DNA from: an uncultured Alphaproteobacteria bacterium
Lineage (GTDB): Bacteria > Pseudomonadota > Alphaproteobacteria > Rhizobiales > Xanthobacteraceae
Assembly: GCA_963786015.1 (NCBI GenBank)
Contig: CAWAXO010000009.1
Coordinates: 12,855 to 76,854 of the forward strand
DNA length: 64,000 bases
Direction: 5' to 3'
The translations under genes were made by a program, and so were the position numbers. How positions within the stretch are numbered: the first letter of the stretch is position 1; each line of letters opens with the position of its first letter. Below, in pieces: positions 42,115 to 55,409 of the stretch. The notes beneath the pieces are model-generated. The model did not search any database, was not told the origin of the DNA, and worked only from the letters and a program-made list of their open reading frames with translations.

Positions 42115-43434
42115 CTAGAGCGGGATGGGGTTAGGTTGAATCGATTTGGGATTCCCAAATCAGCGTGTCAGGTCGCGTGCCGCTCGCTGGGGAGGAGGCC
42201 AGCACGGATGGGCAAGCCATACTCTCTCGCACCTTCGCAAGCGTTAGTGGCGGCGATTGAGGGCGGATTTCGCGCAATCAGGCGGCTAAAGTTTGGGGTC
42301 GCGATCAGCACGGCCGTTGGATGCAGCGGGTCGATGAGACCGGCAGCGTTGCTCCGGGGCAGATGGGCGGTCACAAGCCGAAGACAATTTCAGGTGACCA
42401 CGCGGTCTGGCTGTTGCAGCGGATCAAGAGCGACGACTTCACCCTGCGCGGGCTTGTTGCCGAACTTGCCGGGCGCGGCCTGAAGGTCGATGTACCTTCG
42501 GTATGGTATTTGCGATCCATGCGCGAACCGGCTCAAAATAGCGTGGTGGCTCGCGAACCGATCGTCGCGTTACGTGGCGCGCGGCGCCTCCAATGGACCA
42601 AGTATCAAGACCGCGTCGAAGCTGAGCGGCTGGTCTTCATCGACGAGACCTGGACCAGGACCGACATGGCGCCCTTGCGGGGATGGGCGCCGCGCGGGCA
42701 CAGACTTCCCGCCAAGGTTCCCCACGGCCGCTGGAAGACCATGACCTTCCTGGCGGCCCTGCGCCATGATCGGATCGATGCGCCATGGTTCATCGAGGGA
42801 CCGATCGATGGCGAGAGCTTTCGGACCTATGTGGCGAAAGTTCTTCTGCCGACGCTTCGTCCTGGCGATATCGTCGTCATGGACAATCTCGGCAGTCACC
42901 GAAGTAAGGCACGTGCGTCAGCCCATCAGCTCCGCCGGAGCGCAGGGAATGCTGGCTGCTCCGGCTGAACCTGTGGTTCTGCCGCGTGCTTTTTGTTGCA
43001 CGCGGACCATGGGTGCAGCCCGCACCCGGCATTCCCTGCGCCCTCTTAGAAATTCGAGGGTGAGCTGATTGCAAAACTCGGACGTCATGCGCCGCGAGAA
43101 CGAAGTGTTGTGTCGTCGTTCTTTGTGTGGCCCGTCCTTCGAGACGCGCGCAAGCGCGCTCCTCAGGACGAGGTCGGAGCAAGCGGCGACATGCCAGACC
43201 CTCGTGGCGAGGAGGCGCGGAGCGCCGTCTCGAACCATACAGACCCGACCTGAACCCGTCGAAGGTCTTTGCGCAAGCTCAAACATCTGCTCCGAAAGGC
43301 TGCCGCACGAACCGTCGATGCAGTCTGCACCGCCATCGGCCAGGTCCTTAACGCCTTCACCCCCGAAGAATGATATCAAAGCGCGAACTATCTCAAAAAC
43401 TCAGGCTATCGAAGCTAATTTCATCATGCTCTAG
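42115..43434 (+). mobile_element. Degraded IS630-family element
   Basis: Imperfect TIRs TAGAGCGGGATGGGGTTAGGTTGAAT / TAGAGCATGATGAAATTAGCTTCGAT within CTAG. Transposase from 42208 (MGKPYS..., VFIDET, GRWKTMTFLAALR, VVMDNLGSH, PDLNP.E), frameshifted and interrupted. Confidence 0.88.
42940..43245. repeat. Structured non-coding element copy 2 plus REP-like pair, inside the IS630 transposase
   Basis: Near-identical to 41877-42110, with about 75 extra bp. Confidence 0.75.
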
Positions 43435-43508
43435 TCGTCGTCCCCGCGAACGAGGACAACAACAGAGCAACTGGCTGTTTGAAATTCGAATCCGAAACGC
43501 GCGCGCCT

Positions 43509-44111
43509 CTACCGCGCTGGCGCCGGCGCCGCCTTCTTGCCTGCGGGCGCAGGCGGCTTTACCGCCACGGCCTGCGCCGGCAGATATTTGGCGATGATCG
43601 CGGGATCGATCTGGGCCATCGCAGTGTCCGGCAAGCGGTTCCAGGTCTCGTCCTTGCCGAGTAGCGAGATGCCGAGATAGCCGCGCAAGGTGAGCGACTG
43701 GCCGTCCGCGCTCACTGTCATCTTGGCGCTGTAGATCTTGCCGTTGCGCGGATCGAGCACGTTGCCGTTCTCATATTTCAATCCATTGCGCTTCATGTCG
43801 CGGATGAAGGAGATGCCGAGCCAAGGCGCGTTCTTGCGATCGTCGGTGCATTTCGCGCAGGTGGAGTTGACGGCATCGCCCGGCTTTGGAAACAGCTTGG
43901 CCATCACGCCTTCGAAGACGCCGTTGTGATCGACGACCAGAATGTAGAGCACGGGCTCGCCGTCCTCGATCTTCTGCCACAGGCCCGCGGCGGACGGTTC
44001 CTCCGCCCGCGCGGCCCAAGCGCCAAGCACGCAGACCGCAAGAGCGGCGAAACCACACATCCTCAACACACGTGGTATCAGCCGAAGTCCCGAGCGCGCG
44101 TTCAGCATCAT
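43509..44111 (-). CDS. DUF2147 domain secreted protein
   Basis: Signal peptide; [40 protein letters not shown]. Confidence 0.85.
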   Translation of the reverse strand: MMLNARSGLRLIPRVLRMCGFAALAVCVLGAWAARAEEPSAAGLWQKIEDGEPVLYILVVDHNGVFEGVMAKLFPKPGDAVNSTCAKCTDDRKNAPWLGISFIRDMKRNGLKYENGNVLDPRNGKIYSAKMTVSADGQSLTLRGYLGISLLGKDETWNRLPDTAMAQIDPAIIAKYLPAQAVAVKPPAPAGKKAAPAPAR

Positions 44112-44226
44112 CACCTCACCTAACCAATCCTCGAATGAGCACAGACTACGGCCATTTCGGGGATTGTTCCAGTGCCGCAAGCCTTACCGGCGGAACATGA
44201 AACGTGCGGAAACAATTCGGATGCGC

Positions 44227-45894
<1,668 letters not shown>

Positions 45895-45898
<4 letters not shown>

Positions 45899-47031
45899 AG
45901 CTTGTCGCTGCGCTTTGCGTCGTCGTTGCGAGTCTCGTGGCAAGTCTCGCGGTGCGGCCGGCGATCGCCGACGAATTCTATCGCGAGGATTTGCGCATCG
46001 CGATGCCCGCGGCAGGACCGAACGGCCTTGAAGCGCTGCTGATACGGCCCGCGCGGCCGCAGCGGTATCCGCTGGCCCTGATCAGCCACGGCGCGTCCGG
46101 CGACGCGCTGGAGCGGCCGGAGATGACGCCTTTCGGATTTTACCGGCAGGCCATCGAGTTCGCCCGCCACGGCTTCGCGGCCCTCGTGGTGATGCGGCGC
46201 GGCTATGGCAGCTCGGGCGGAAGCTTTGCCGAAGGCCATAGCTGCTGCGAAGCGCGCACCTTTCTCGGCTCGGCGAAGGAGAGCGCGGACGATCTGCGCG
46301 CGGCGATCGCAGCGATGAGGAGCCGCAACGATGTCACGACGCAGGGCATGATCGCGGTCGGCGTCTCCGGCGGCGGACTTGCGAGCATCGCACTGACACT
46401 GGACCCGCCGCCCGGCCTTGCCGCCGTCATCAGTTTCGCAGGCGGCCTCGCCCGGGCGCAACACCAGGCCAATGACGCGCGCACAGCAAGCGACGAAGCG
46501 GGTCTTGTCGACGCGTACAAGACGCTGGGCGAAGGCTCGCGCATACCGATGCTGTGGATCTATTCCGCGAATGACAGCTATTTCCGCCCCGAATTCGCGC
46601 ACCGCCTGCTCGCCGCGTTCACGTCCGGCGGCGGTCACGCGACGCTGATCGACGCGCCCGCCTTCGGCAGCGACGGACATCAGTTGTTCTCGTCGGGCAC
46701 CGCGATGTGGCCGAGGATGGTCGACGACTTCCTGCGCGAACAGAAGCTCGGCGCGCGTGACGTTCTGCCGCCGCCTGCGGTTCCCGCTCTCCCTGCTCCG
46801 CCCCGGCTGAGCGACAAGGGCCGCGCGTCATTCGCGGATTATCTGACCGCCGGGCCGCACAAGGCCTTCGCAGTCGCCCCCAGCGGGGCCTTCGGTTACT
46901 GGTCGGGAACACGATCGCTCGAAGCGGCGAAGGGCCGCGCGATCGGCAATTGTCGAATCAATGCGCCGGACTGCGCGATCTATGCGATCGACAATTCACT
47001 CGCGGGCGCGGAGGCGAGCAACCGCAGATGA
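45895..47031 (+). CDS. Secreted alpha/beta hydrolase (dienelactone hydrolase-like)
   Basis: Signal peptide; PLALISHG, RRGYG.S.G, GVSGGG nucleophile elbow, ND.YF, DGH. Confidence 0.8.
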
Positions 47032-47117
47032 GGAAACAGCGCGCGATCCTCCGGCGCGTCGGCGATCACGCCTTCGTTCGGCGCATGGGATGGCGCTTCG
47101 CGCAAACGTGTCGCGCC

Positions 47118-47438
47118 TCAGGCCTGCCGCTCCGGCGTCGACACGGTCAGTCCGTCGAGCTCATCGGTCACTTTGATCTGGCACGAGAGACGCGAGTTCG
47201 GCCGCACGTCGAAGCCGAAATCCAGCATGTCCTCTTCCATCGGCGACGGCGGGCCGACCTTCTCGCGCCAGGCCTCGTCCACATAGACATGACAGGTGGC
47301 GCAAGCGCAGGCGCCGCCGCATTCGGCTTCGATGCCGGGAACGGCGTTGCGAATGGCCGCTTCCATGACGGTTGCGCCGTTCTCGACTTCGACAGTGCGG
47401 GTTTCGCCGCGATGGTCGACAAAGTGAATCTTGGCCAT
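47118..47438 (-). CDS. 2Fe-2S ferredoxin (adrenodoxin/FdxB type)
   Basis: [25 protein letters not shown]. Confidence 0.95.
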   Translation of the reverse strand: MAKIHFVDHRGETRTVEVENGATVMEAAIRNAVPGIEAECGGACACATCHVYVDEAWREKVGPPSPMEEDMLDFGFDVRPNSRLSCQIKVTDELDGLTVSTPERQA

Positions 47439-47561
47439 GTTTGCTCGTGTTGCCGGATAGAGGAGGTCCGCAGTCCTATAACGGGTCGATCCGGCCTGCG
47501 CTAGAGATGCACGCCTGCGGCGGAACCACCGCGGCGCGGTTGAATGGGACGGTCGGGGAGC

Positions 47562-47918
47562 TTACGGGCGGTCGAGAGCCGCCGCGATCGCGGCGCGGGC
47601 CTCGCCGACGGCGGCATCGAGCGCCGCAAGCGCTTGAGCGGTGTCGCCGCCGTCCCGGATCGCGTCATCGAGCGCGCTCGCCTGGTCAGCCACACGAAAG
47701 GCGCCGATCGCGCGCGCCGAACCTTTCAGCGTGTGCGCCAGCGCGCTCGCCTCCGGCGGCAAGCCGGCAAGTTCGCCAAGCAGACGGTCGGACTGCTTTA
47801 CGAACATCGCGAGCACCTCCCGCTCGAGGCCGCCATCACCAAGCGTCATCCGACGCAGATGCGCCAGGTCGATCGGCAGGTCGATCGGATGATGTTCGGC
47901 GGTCGGGATGAGCGGCAT
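47562..47918 (-). CDS. Stand-alone Hpt domain protein
   Basis: IDL.HL..MT.GD..LEREVL.MF, AHTLKGSARAIGA. Confidence 0.85.
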   Translation of the reverse strand: MPLIPTAEHHPIDLPIDLAHLRRMTLGDGGLEREVLAMFVKQSDRLLGELAGLPPEASALAHTLKGSARAIGAFRVADQASALDDAIRDGGDTAQALAALDAAVGEARAAIAAALDRP

Positions 47919-48154
47919 CCGATGGGTCCTGCGCGGGCGACATGCGTGAGGCGGGATATCCCCACTTTTCTCAGGCGACTCAGAGGTATCCAAAGGCCAA
48001 CAAAAACGACGGAACGGAGAACGTTTCGGTATTTAGGCCCCAACAAGACCGCACGATAGCCTCGTTTATGACCGATAGTCACCACAATTGGCGTCGGATC
48101 AGTGGAAATTTCGAAGAGTCTTAACACGTTATCGCTTTGTGCTGTTAACGATGA

Positions 48155-48169
48155 TTAAGAATGGGTTAA
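48155..48169. promoter_or_regulatory. CtrA box in the hpt / gpr intergenic region
   Basis: TTAA-GAATGGG-TTAA, with extra TTAA half-sites at 48121 and 48145. Confidence 0.7.
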
Positions 48170-48348
48170 TCCCGGCCATTTCATTCGGCATGTGCAGCCA
48201 ATAGGATGTTCGCCGGATGTGAGCGGACGAGACGGCGTTTGGCCGTGGCTCGGCACGCATGGGGCATGACGCCGGTTCTGGAGCCTGCGCGAGGGGCGAT
48301 CGCGCTTGGCTTTTTCAGACTGCGTATAAGTAGGACGAGGGCTCTGAC

Positions 48349-51300
48349 ATGGCTAACAATCCCAAGAAGGTCAAAGACCCTACTGAGGTTGCACTTTCCG
48401 CCATTCAGGAAGCCCTGAACATCAACGACACCACAGCCGACGCGAGCCGGACCGCGTCCCGCGCCGATACTGCGCCACCGCTGCCTTCTTCGGAGCCGCC
48501 CTCTTTCGGCGAGCCCCCTTTCGAAGCACGGCCGAGTGCCGGTCCGAACGTCGATCGTCCGATGTTTCTCGAGGATCAGCGTCCGGCGCGCCGCCCGGCC
48601 AATGACGACCGCGAGACCATCGGCCAGCTTTTGCAGGCGATTCAGAAGGGCCGCCCGGCGCGCAGCGTCTACACGATCGCGAGCCTGTTCGCGGGCGTCT
48701 GGCTCGTCGGCTGCGGAATTCTGACCATCGGCTTCCTGTCGTCGCTGCAGGCCGTGGTCGGTCAGGGCGGCGGCGTGATCGTGCTCGCCGGACTCGTGGC
48801 GCTGTTCTTCGCGCCGGTCCTGCTGTTCTACTTCCTCGCGAATCTCGCCTGGCGCGGACAGGAATTGCGGATGATCGCGCAGGCGATGGCGCAGGTCGCG
48901 ATGCGCTTCTCCGAGCCGGAGGGCGCGGCGAGCAATTCCATGGTGACCATCGGACAGGCCATCCGGCGCGAGGTCGCGGCGATGGGCGACGGCGTCGAAC
49001 GCGCCATCGCGCGCGCGGGCGAATTGGAGACATTGGTCGCCAACGAAGTCGCCGCGCTGGAGCGCGCCTATTCCGACAACGAAGTGCGCATCCGCGCGCT
49101 GTTGCAGGACATCGCCCATCAGCGCGACAACCTGGTCGGACAGGCCGAGCAGGTGCGCAGCGCGATTTCCGGCGTGCAGATCGACCTGCGCCATGACATC
49201 GCGCTGATTTCGGATGCGATCGCCTCGCGAGTCGACGAGGTCGCTAAAGAGCATCACCGGCGCGCTGGAGGAGCGCGGCGGCCACATCACGACCGCGCTG
49301 AGCAATGCCGGCGACAACATGATCCTCGCGCTCGGCGAGCGCGGCGGCGACCTCCTCGATCGTCTCGAGGAAGCGAGCGCCGAGACCACGCGCGCCGTGC
49401 TCGACGCTTCCGAGCGCCTCACCACCAGCCTCAATTTCAAGACCGGTCACGTCCATGACGAGTTCGTCGACCTCGCCGATCGCGTCCACGAGATGCTGAA
49501 CGAGCGGATCGACCGCATCACGGCCGAGTTCGAGCAGCGCTCGGCGGCGATCGTCGAAGGCATCTCCGAGCGCACCGAGCAGGTCCACGATTCCGTCAAG
49601 AATTCGGGCGATTCCCTGCTGCTCGAGCTTGAGTTGCGCAGCACGGATCTCGTGTCCAAGATCGACGAGGCCGGCCAGAAGCTCGCCTCCAGCGTCCTGG
49701 CCAGCGGCGACAAGGCCGGCGAATCGCTCGACGCCACCGTGAACACGCTGGTGGCGAAGGTCGCGAGCCAGACCGAATCGGCGCACGACACGCTCTCCAC
49801 GCAGATGAACGCATTCGACGAGTTGATGAAGACCCAGGGCAGCGAGCTCGCCGAGAAATTCGCGCGCGACAGCGGCACGCTCGGCGCGCTGATCACCCGC
49901 CACATTTCGGAGTTCGACCGCACCGTCAAAACCTTCGGCGGCGACATCGTCGAGCGCCTGGGCCAGCGCACCCAGGACATCGCCGAAAGCCTGAAGACCT
50001 ATGTCGACAGTTTCGATACCCGCCTGACCTCGCATGGCGGCCAGATCACCGCCAAGATGGACGAGCGGCTGATGCAGTTCGAGACCATCGTCGGGACGCG
50101 CGTCGCCAATATGGACAACTCGCTCGACACCAAGCTCAAATCGATCGAGCAGAGCTTCGAGACGCAGTCGAGGTCGGTGACCGACACGATCGAGAGCCGG
50201 CTTGGGCTGTTCTCGACATCGATGACCGACAGCGCGGCGCAGGTGATTCAGTCGATCGAATCGCGCCTCGGCAACCTCACCACCTCGCTGACTGACGGCA
50301 CCGCCCAGGCGATCGAGGCACTCGACCGCCGCATCGCCGGCGTCACCGACACCATCAGCAGCCGCAGCACCCAACTCACCGACACGATCAGCGCGCGGTT
50401 CCAGGAAATCCATCAGGGCATCGAGACGCGGGTCGGCTCGGTCGCCACCGACATCGACACGCGGGTGTCCCAGTTCGAGGATCTGCTCGGTTCGCGCGTC
50501 GAAGCCGTGGCCGGCCGGATCGAGAGCAGCGGGCGACTCGCCAGCGAGGAACTGCTGGCGCGCGCGGAGATGCTCTCCACGGGTATCAAGTCGCATGTCG
50601 AGGATGCGGAGCGCGCGTTGACCACGCTTGTCGTCAACACCAGCGAGACCATTCAAACCGGCGCACGCACCGCGCAGCAGTCGCTGCTCAACGTCTCGAC
50701 CGATGTCGGCACCCAGTTGAAGCAGACCTCCGCCGAGGTCGAGCGCGCGCTGAGCACCGTCGGCACGGGCGCTGCGAACTCGATCCTGACCAGTGCGCGC
50801 GAAGCCCAGTCGACCCTGATCACCGCCTCGGCCGACGTCACCAACCAGATCAAGCTGCTGTCCGCCGATGTCGAGCGCACATTGTCGTCAGCAGGCTCGG
50901 CGACCGCCGCCTCGGTGCTCGCCGGAGCGCGCGAGGCGCAGACCACGCTGGTCTCCGCATCCTCGGATGCCGCAGGCCACGTCAAGTCGCTCGCCGCCGA
51001 CATGCAGCGCTCGCTCTCGCTCGCTGGCGCTTCCACGGCGGAATCGATCGCGGCAAGCGTGCGCGAGGCCCACGGCACGCTCGTCAGCGCATCCTCCGAC
51101 GCCGCGGATCACGTCAAGGCCCTCACCGCCGACGTGCAGCACGCGCTCTCGCTCGCCGGATCGTCGACTGCGGAATCGATCACGGCCGGCGCACGCGAGG
51201 CGCATGGCGTGCTGATGACCGCCTCGTCGGACGCAACCGATCACGTCAAGACTTTGACGGCCGACGTGGAGCGCACGCTGACGGCAGTCGGTGCGGAGAC

Positions 51301-53531
51301 TGCTGCGTCGATCCTCAACAGCGCGCGCGAGGCGCAGAACTCGCTGGCAGCCACGTCGATCGACGCCGCCAATCAGATCAAGTCGATCTCCACGGACATC
51401 GAGCGCACGCTCATGGCCGCGACCTCGAATACCACCGACACGATCCAGTCCAGCGCCCTCAATGCCCAGAGCTCGCTGGTGGCCGCGTCCAACGAGGTCT
51501 CTACCCGCGTCAAGTCGACCTCGGCGGACATCGAACGCTCGGTTCTCGCCGCGACCAATGCCTTCGGTGCGACGATGACCGGCAAGACCGACGAGATCGT
51601 CGTCTACGTGCAAAAGCAGACCGAGCGGCTGTCGCAAATGATCGATGCCAAGCGCGGCACGCTGGTGGAGACGATCGGCTCCAAGACCAATCTGCTCACC
51701 GTCGAGGTCGAGCGCGTGACGTCGGACGCCCTGAAATCGATCGAGACAAGGGGACAGACGTTCACGCAATCGCTGGTCAGCAACAGCTCCGAGGTTGCGC
51801 GGACGATCACCTCGGCCGGCGAATTGGCCACCACGGCGATCAACAAGTCGCTGAAGGATCTGGAGCAGTCGTCGCGGACGGCGATCGAGCAGTCGCGCCA
51901 GGTCTCGGTCGCGGCGGTGACCGAGATGCAGGAAACCAGCAAGATCTTGCGCACGGATACCGTGGCCCTGTTCGAACGGCTCCGCGAGGGCAACATCCTG
52001 CTGCAGGAAGTCCTCACCGGCGCCCACGACAACCTCAACTCGCTGGAGCGGGCGCTGGTGACGCGTGTCGCCGATTTCGTCTCGGCGATGAACGACGTCA
52101 CGGTGCGCAACGGTGGCGCCACCCAGGCGCTGGAAGACCAGTTGAACATTTTCAACGACAAGACCTCGCGCGCGCTGCAGGACCTGAACTCACTGTCCGG
52201 CCAGTTCGATGCGCACGGACAGGCGCTCGCGGAAGCGGCCGTCGCGGTCGAGCAAAGCAACCAGAGCACCTCGGCTTCGGTCGCCGAACGCAAGGCCACG
52301 CTCGAATCGCTGGTCACCACCATCGATTTGCGAACCGCCGATCTCGACCAGCGCCTGTCGCGCTTCACGAACCTGCTGGATGAATCGCTGGCGGCCGCCG
52401 AAGAGCGCGCCCGCGACATCGCGCGCGTGGTGGCGGAAACCGCGGGCGCCGGCTCGGCCGCGATCAGCCGCAACTTCGAGACGGTTCGCGCAACCGCCGA
52501 GGAAGAGCGTCGGGTGACCGCCGACACCATGCGTGCGATCTACCAGCAGGCCACGCAGGAAGCGGATGCGATGTTCAAGCAGTCCGCGGACAAGTTCACC
52601 AATCTGGTGACCAGCATGAAGCAGATGGCTTCCGAAATGCACAACGAGCTCGAAAGCACCCGCACCGAGCTGCGCCGCGGCGTGCTGGAAATGCCGCAGG
52701 AGGCCGCCGAGAGCACCGCGCAGATGCGCAAGGTCATCGTCGACCAGATCGAGGCGTTGGCGGAATTGAACCGGATCGTTGCCCACCACGGCCGCGGACT
52801 GGATGTCGTCGCCGCCAGCCGTGCCAACGCGCCGCAGCAGCGCCAGGAAGAACCGCTGCTGGCCGCGGTCGGCGCGCCCCGCGCCGAAACGCGCATAGCC
52901 GAGACTCGCATGGCTGAGACTCGCATCGCCGAGCCACGTGTGGCAGAGCCACGGATGGCCGAGCCACGCATGCGGGATGGCGGCGGCAACACCACCAATC
53001 TGCCTGCGCCCGATCTCGGCGGCGGCCCGGCGCCGCGCCGCACCGAGGCGCCGTCGGTCAGCCCCGATCGGCCCGGTCGGCGGCGCCGATCAGGGTCGCG
53101 ACGGCTGGCTGTCGGATCTCCTGAGCAGGGCCGATGCGCCCGGCCCCGGTCATGCCTCGCAGCAGCGCCGTCCGACGCCGCAGCCGGCCAGCGGCAATCC
53201 ACTGGAGTCGCTGTCACTCGACATCACGCGCCTGATGGATCGCAATCTCGCGGCCGAAATGTGGGATCGCTATCAGCGCGGCGAGAGCAAGGCATTCTCC
53301 AAGCGGCTCTATACGCCGGGCGGTCAGAAGGCCTTCGACGAGGTTGCCCGCAAATATCGTTCCGACCGTGTCTTCAAGCAGACGGTCGACCGCTACATCA
53401 ACGAGTTCGAACGGCTGCTGGATGAGGTCGCGCGCGAGGATCGCGGACCGCAGGCGCTCCGCGGCCACCTCACCTCCGATACCGGTCTCGTCTACACCCT
53501 GCTCGCGCACGCCGCCGGACGGCTGGGGTGA
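48349..53531 (+). CDS. Growth-pole-ring (GPR/RgsE-like) apolipoprotein-repeat polar scaffold (indels near 49248 and 53070)
   Basis: PANDD, two TMs, IRREVAAMGDGVERAIARAGELE..V.NEV..LE..Y.DNE, long helical repeats, C-terminal RLYT...VDRY..EFERLL...G.VY.LLAHA.GRL. Confidence 0.8.
52883..52972 (+). repeat. 6 x 15-bp coding tandem repeat, AE(T/P)R(I/M/V)
   Basis: AETRI AETRM AETRI AEPRV AEPRM AEPRM. Confidence 0.9.
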
Positions 53532-53539
53532 GGGTCAGG

Positions 53540-53686
53540 GAATAGCGAGTAGCGAATAGCGATCAGAAAAACGGAGGCCTCACGGCCTCCGTTTTATTTT
53601 GTAGCTCAGCAAGACAGCTGATGGAGGGGATCGCTCAAGGAGCAGCGTATTGCCGCCCTATTCGCCACTCTCCATTCGCTATTCGC
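53540..53686. repeat. Inverted heptamer arrays flanking a terminator
   Basis: (GAATAGC)-like x3 at 53540-53562 and reverse-complement x4 at 53658-53686. Confidence 0.6.
53567..53600. terminator. Bidirectional intrinsic terminator
   Basis: AAAACGGAGGCC-TCAC-GGCCTCCGTTTT. Confidence 0.85.
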
Positions 53687-53691
53687 CTCAC

Positions 53692-54576
53692 CTACTGCCG
53701 CTTCCTGTCATTCGCCGCAGCGGCAGCGGCGTCGGCGCCGGCTGCGAGGCTTGAGCGCTGCTGCTTGCTGTTGCTGGCACCGAACAGGACCCGGGTCGGG
53801 TTACGATCGAAATTGTTCACGGCGCGGCTGATGTCGCCGAGCGTCCTGCGGCCGTCGGTCATCAACGCGCCGGACCGCTTGTCGAAATCTTCCGCCAGTT
53901 CACGGATCGATTTCACGGTCAGCAGCAGTTCACCACCGTCCTTGCCGCCCGCAAGCGTGTTGAGGCCGAGCATCAGACTGTCGGCCTTCCCCATCACGCC
54001 GTCGACGCGCGACATGATGGCGTCGATCCGTTCGGAATTGCGCGACAGCGAGGTGGTAAAGACCTCCAGATTCTTCAGCGAGTTCTTCACCGCTTCCTGA
54101 TTGTCGGCCACCACCTTGTTGATGTTCTGCAGCGTGGCGCGGATCGCCTCGGTCACATCCTGCAGCTTGTTCGGATCTGCGGTCAGCATCGGGATGCCGT
54201 CCTCGTCCAGCGGCACCGGAGGCGCCGCCTCCTCGCCGCCCTTCAGCGAGATCGCCGCGACGCCCGTGAGTCCCTGGAATTCCAATCCGACCAGCGTGTC
54301 CTTGCGGATCGGCGCATTGTTCTCGACCATCGCGAGCGCGACCACCCGGCGCGGGTTATCGAGCTTCACCGAGACGACCTCGCCGACCCGGATACCATTG
54401 AAGTTCACATTGCCGCCGTTGCGCAAGCCCGCTGCCGGACCTTCGAATACGACGCGCAAGGGTGTGCGCGCCTTCGCGGTGTGCAGGCTCTGGAACCAAA
54501 GAACGAAGCCGAACGCCGACGCGATCACCGCCAGGGTGAACAGCCCGATCAGCACGTAATTCGCCCGCGTTTCCAT
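53692..54576 (-). CDS. mlaD: MCE/MlaD family protein
   Basis: METRANYVLIG.F, GL..G..V.FNGIRVG.V, QGLTGVA.I.L.GG. Confidence 0.88.
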   Translation of the reverse strand: METRANYVLIGLFTLAVIASAFGFVLWFQSLHTAKARTPLRVVFEGPAAGLRNGGNVNFNGIRVGEVVSVKLDNPRRVVALAMVENNAPIRKDTLVGLEFQGLTGVAAISLKGGEEAAPPVPLDEDGIPMLTADPNKLQDVTEAIRATLQNINKVVADNQEAVKNSLKNLEVFTTSLSRNSERIDAIMSRVDGVMGKADSLMLGLNTLAGGKDGGELLLTVKSIRELAEDFDKRSGALMTDGRRTLGDISRAVNNFDRNPTRVLFGASNSKQQRSSLAAGADAAAAAANDRKRQ

Positions 54577-54591
54577 TCAGAGCTCCAAAGG

Positions 54592-55407
54592 CTAGCCCAC
54601 GACCGCGCGGGCGCGCTTGCCGTGGAAATATTGCCTCAACCAGGGATGCTGCGAGGCTTGCATGTCGGCCATTGTGCCTGCGGCAATGATCTTTCCGCTC
54701 CCCAGAACGGCAATGCGGTCGCAGGCAGTATAAAGACTGTCGAGATCATGGGTTACCATGAAAACGGTCAGGCCCAAAGTGCGCTGCAGGGTACGCACAA
54801 GTTCGTCGAAATCGCCGGCCCCGATCGGATCGAGGCCCGAGGTCGGCTCGTCGAGGAAAACCAGTTCCGGATCGAGCGCGAGCGCGCGCGCCAGCGCCAC
54901 GCGTTTGATCATGCCTCCCGAGAGTTCCGACGGAAAGCGGTCCGCGACTTCAGGCCGCAGCCCGACCATGCCGAGCTTGGCCACCATGATCTCGTCGAGC
55001 AGCCGTTGCGATACCTTGAGATATTCGCGCACTGGAAACTGGATGTTCTGGCGCACCGTAAGCGAGGAGAACAGCGCGCCCTGTTGGAACAGAACTCCCC
55101 AGCGCCGCTCGACGGAACGGCGTGTCGCGGTATTGGCGGCGTCGAGATCGATGCCGAACACTTCGATGCGGCCGCTGATTTTCGGCACCAGGCCGATGAT
55201 GGTGCGCGTCAGGACCGACTTGCCGGCGCCGGAGGGGCCGACAAAGCCCAGGATTTCGCCGCGCCTGACGTCGAGGTCGAGACCGTCGAGCACGCGCGTT
55301 GCGCCGAACTGCACGGTGACGTCGCGCACGCTGATGATGGCGTCGCGAATGACGGCGTCCTGAGTGATGAGGTCTCGAGTGCTGGCGTTTTGGGCAGGCT
55401 GCGCCAT
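54592..55407 (-). CDS. mlaF: MlaF-like ABC ATPase
   Basis: GPSGAGKS, FQQGALFSSL, LSGGM.KR, LDEPTSGLDP, VTHD. Confidence 0.9.
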   Translation of the reverse strand: MAQPAQNASTRDLITQDAVIRDAIISVRDVTVQFGATRVLDGLDLDVRRGEILGFVGPSGAGKSVLTRTIIGLVPKISGRIEVFGIDLDAANTATRRSVERRWGVLFQQGALFSSLTVRQNIQFPVREYLKVSQRLLDEIMVAKLGMVGLRPEVADRFPSELSGGMIKRVALARALALDPELVFLDEPTSGLDPIGAGDFDELVRTLQRTLGLTVFMVTHDLDSLYTACDRIAVLGSGKIIAAGTMADMQASQHPWLRQYFHGKRARAVVG

Positions 55408-55409
55408 CA

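Noticed and set aside
28244-43245. Repeats as a possible CRISPR array
   Set aside because: They are dispersed palindromic pairs with no regular repeat-spacer period, and there are no cas genes.
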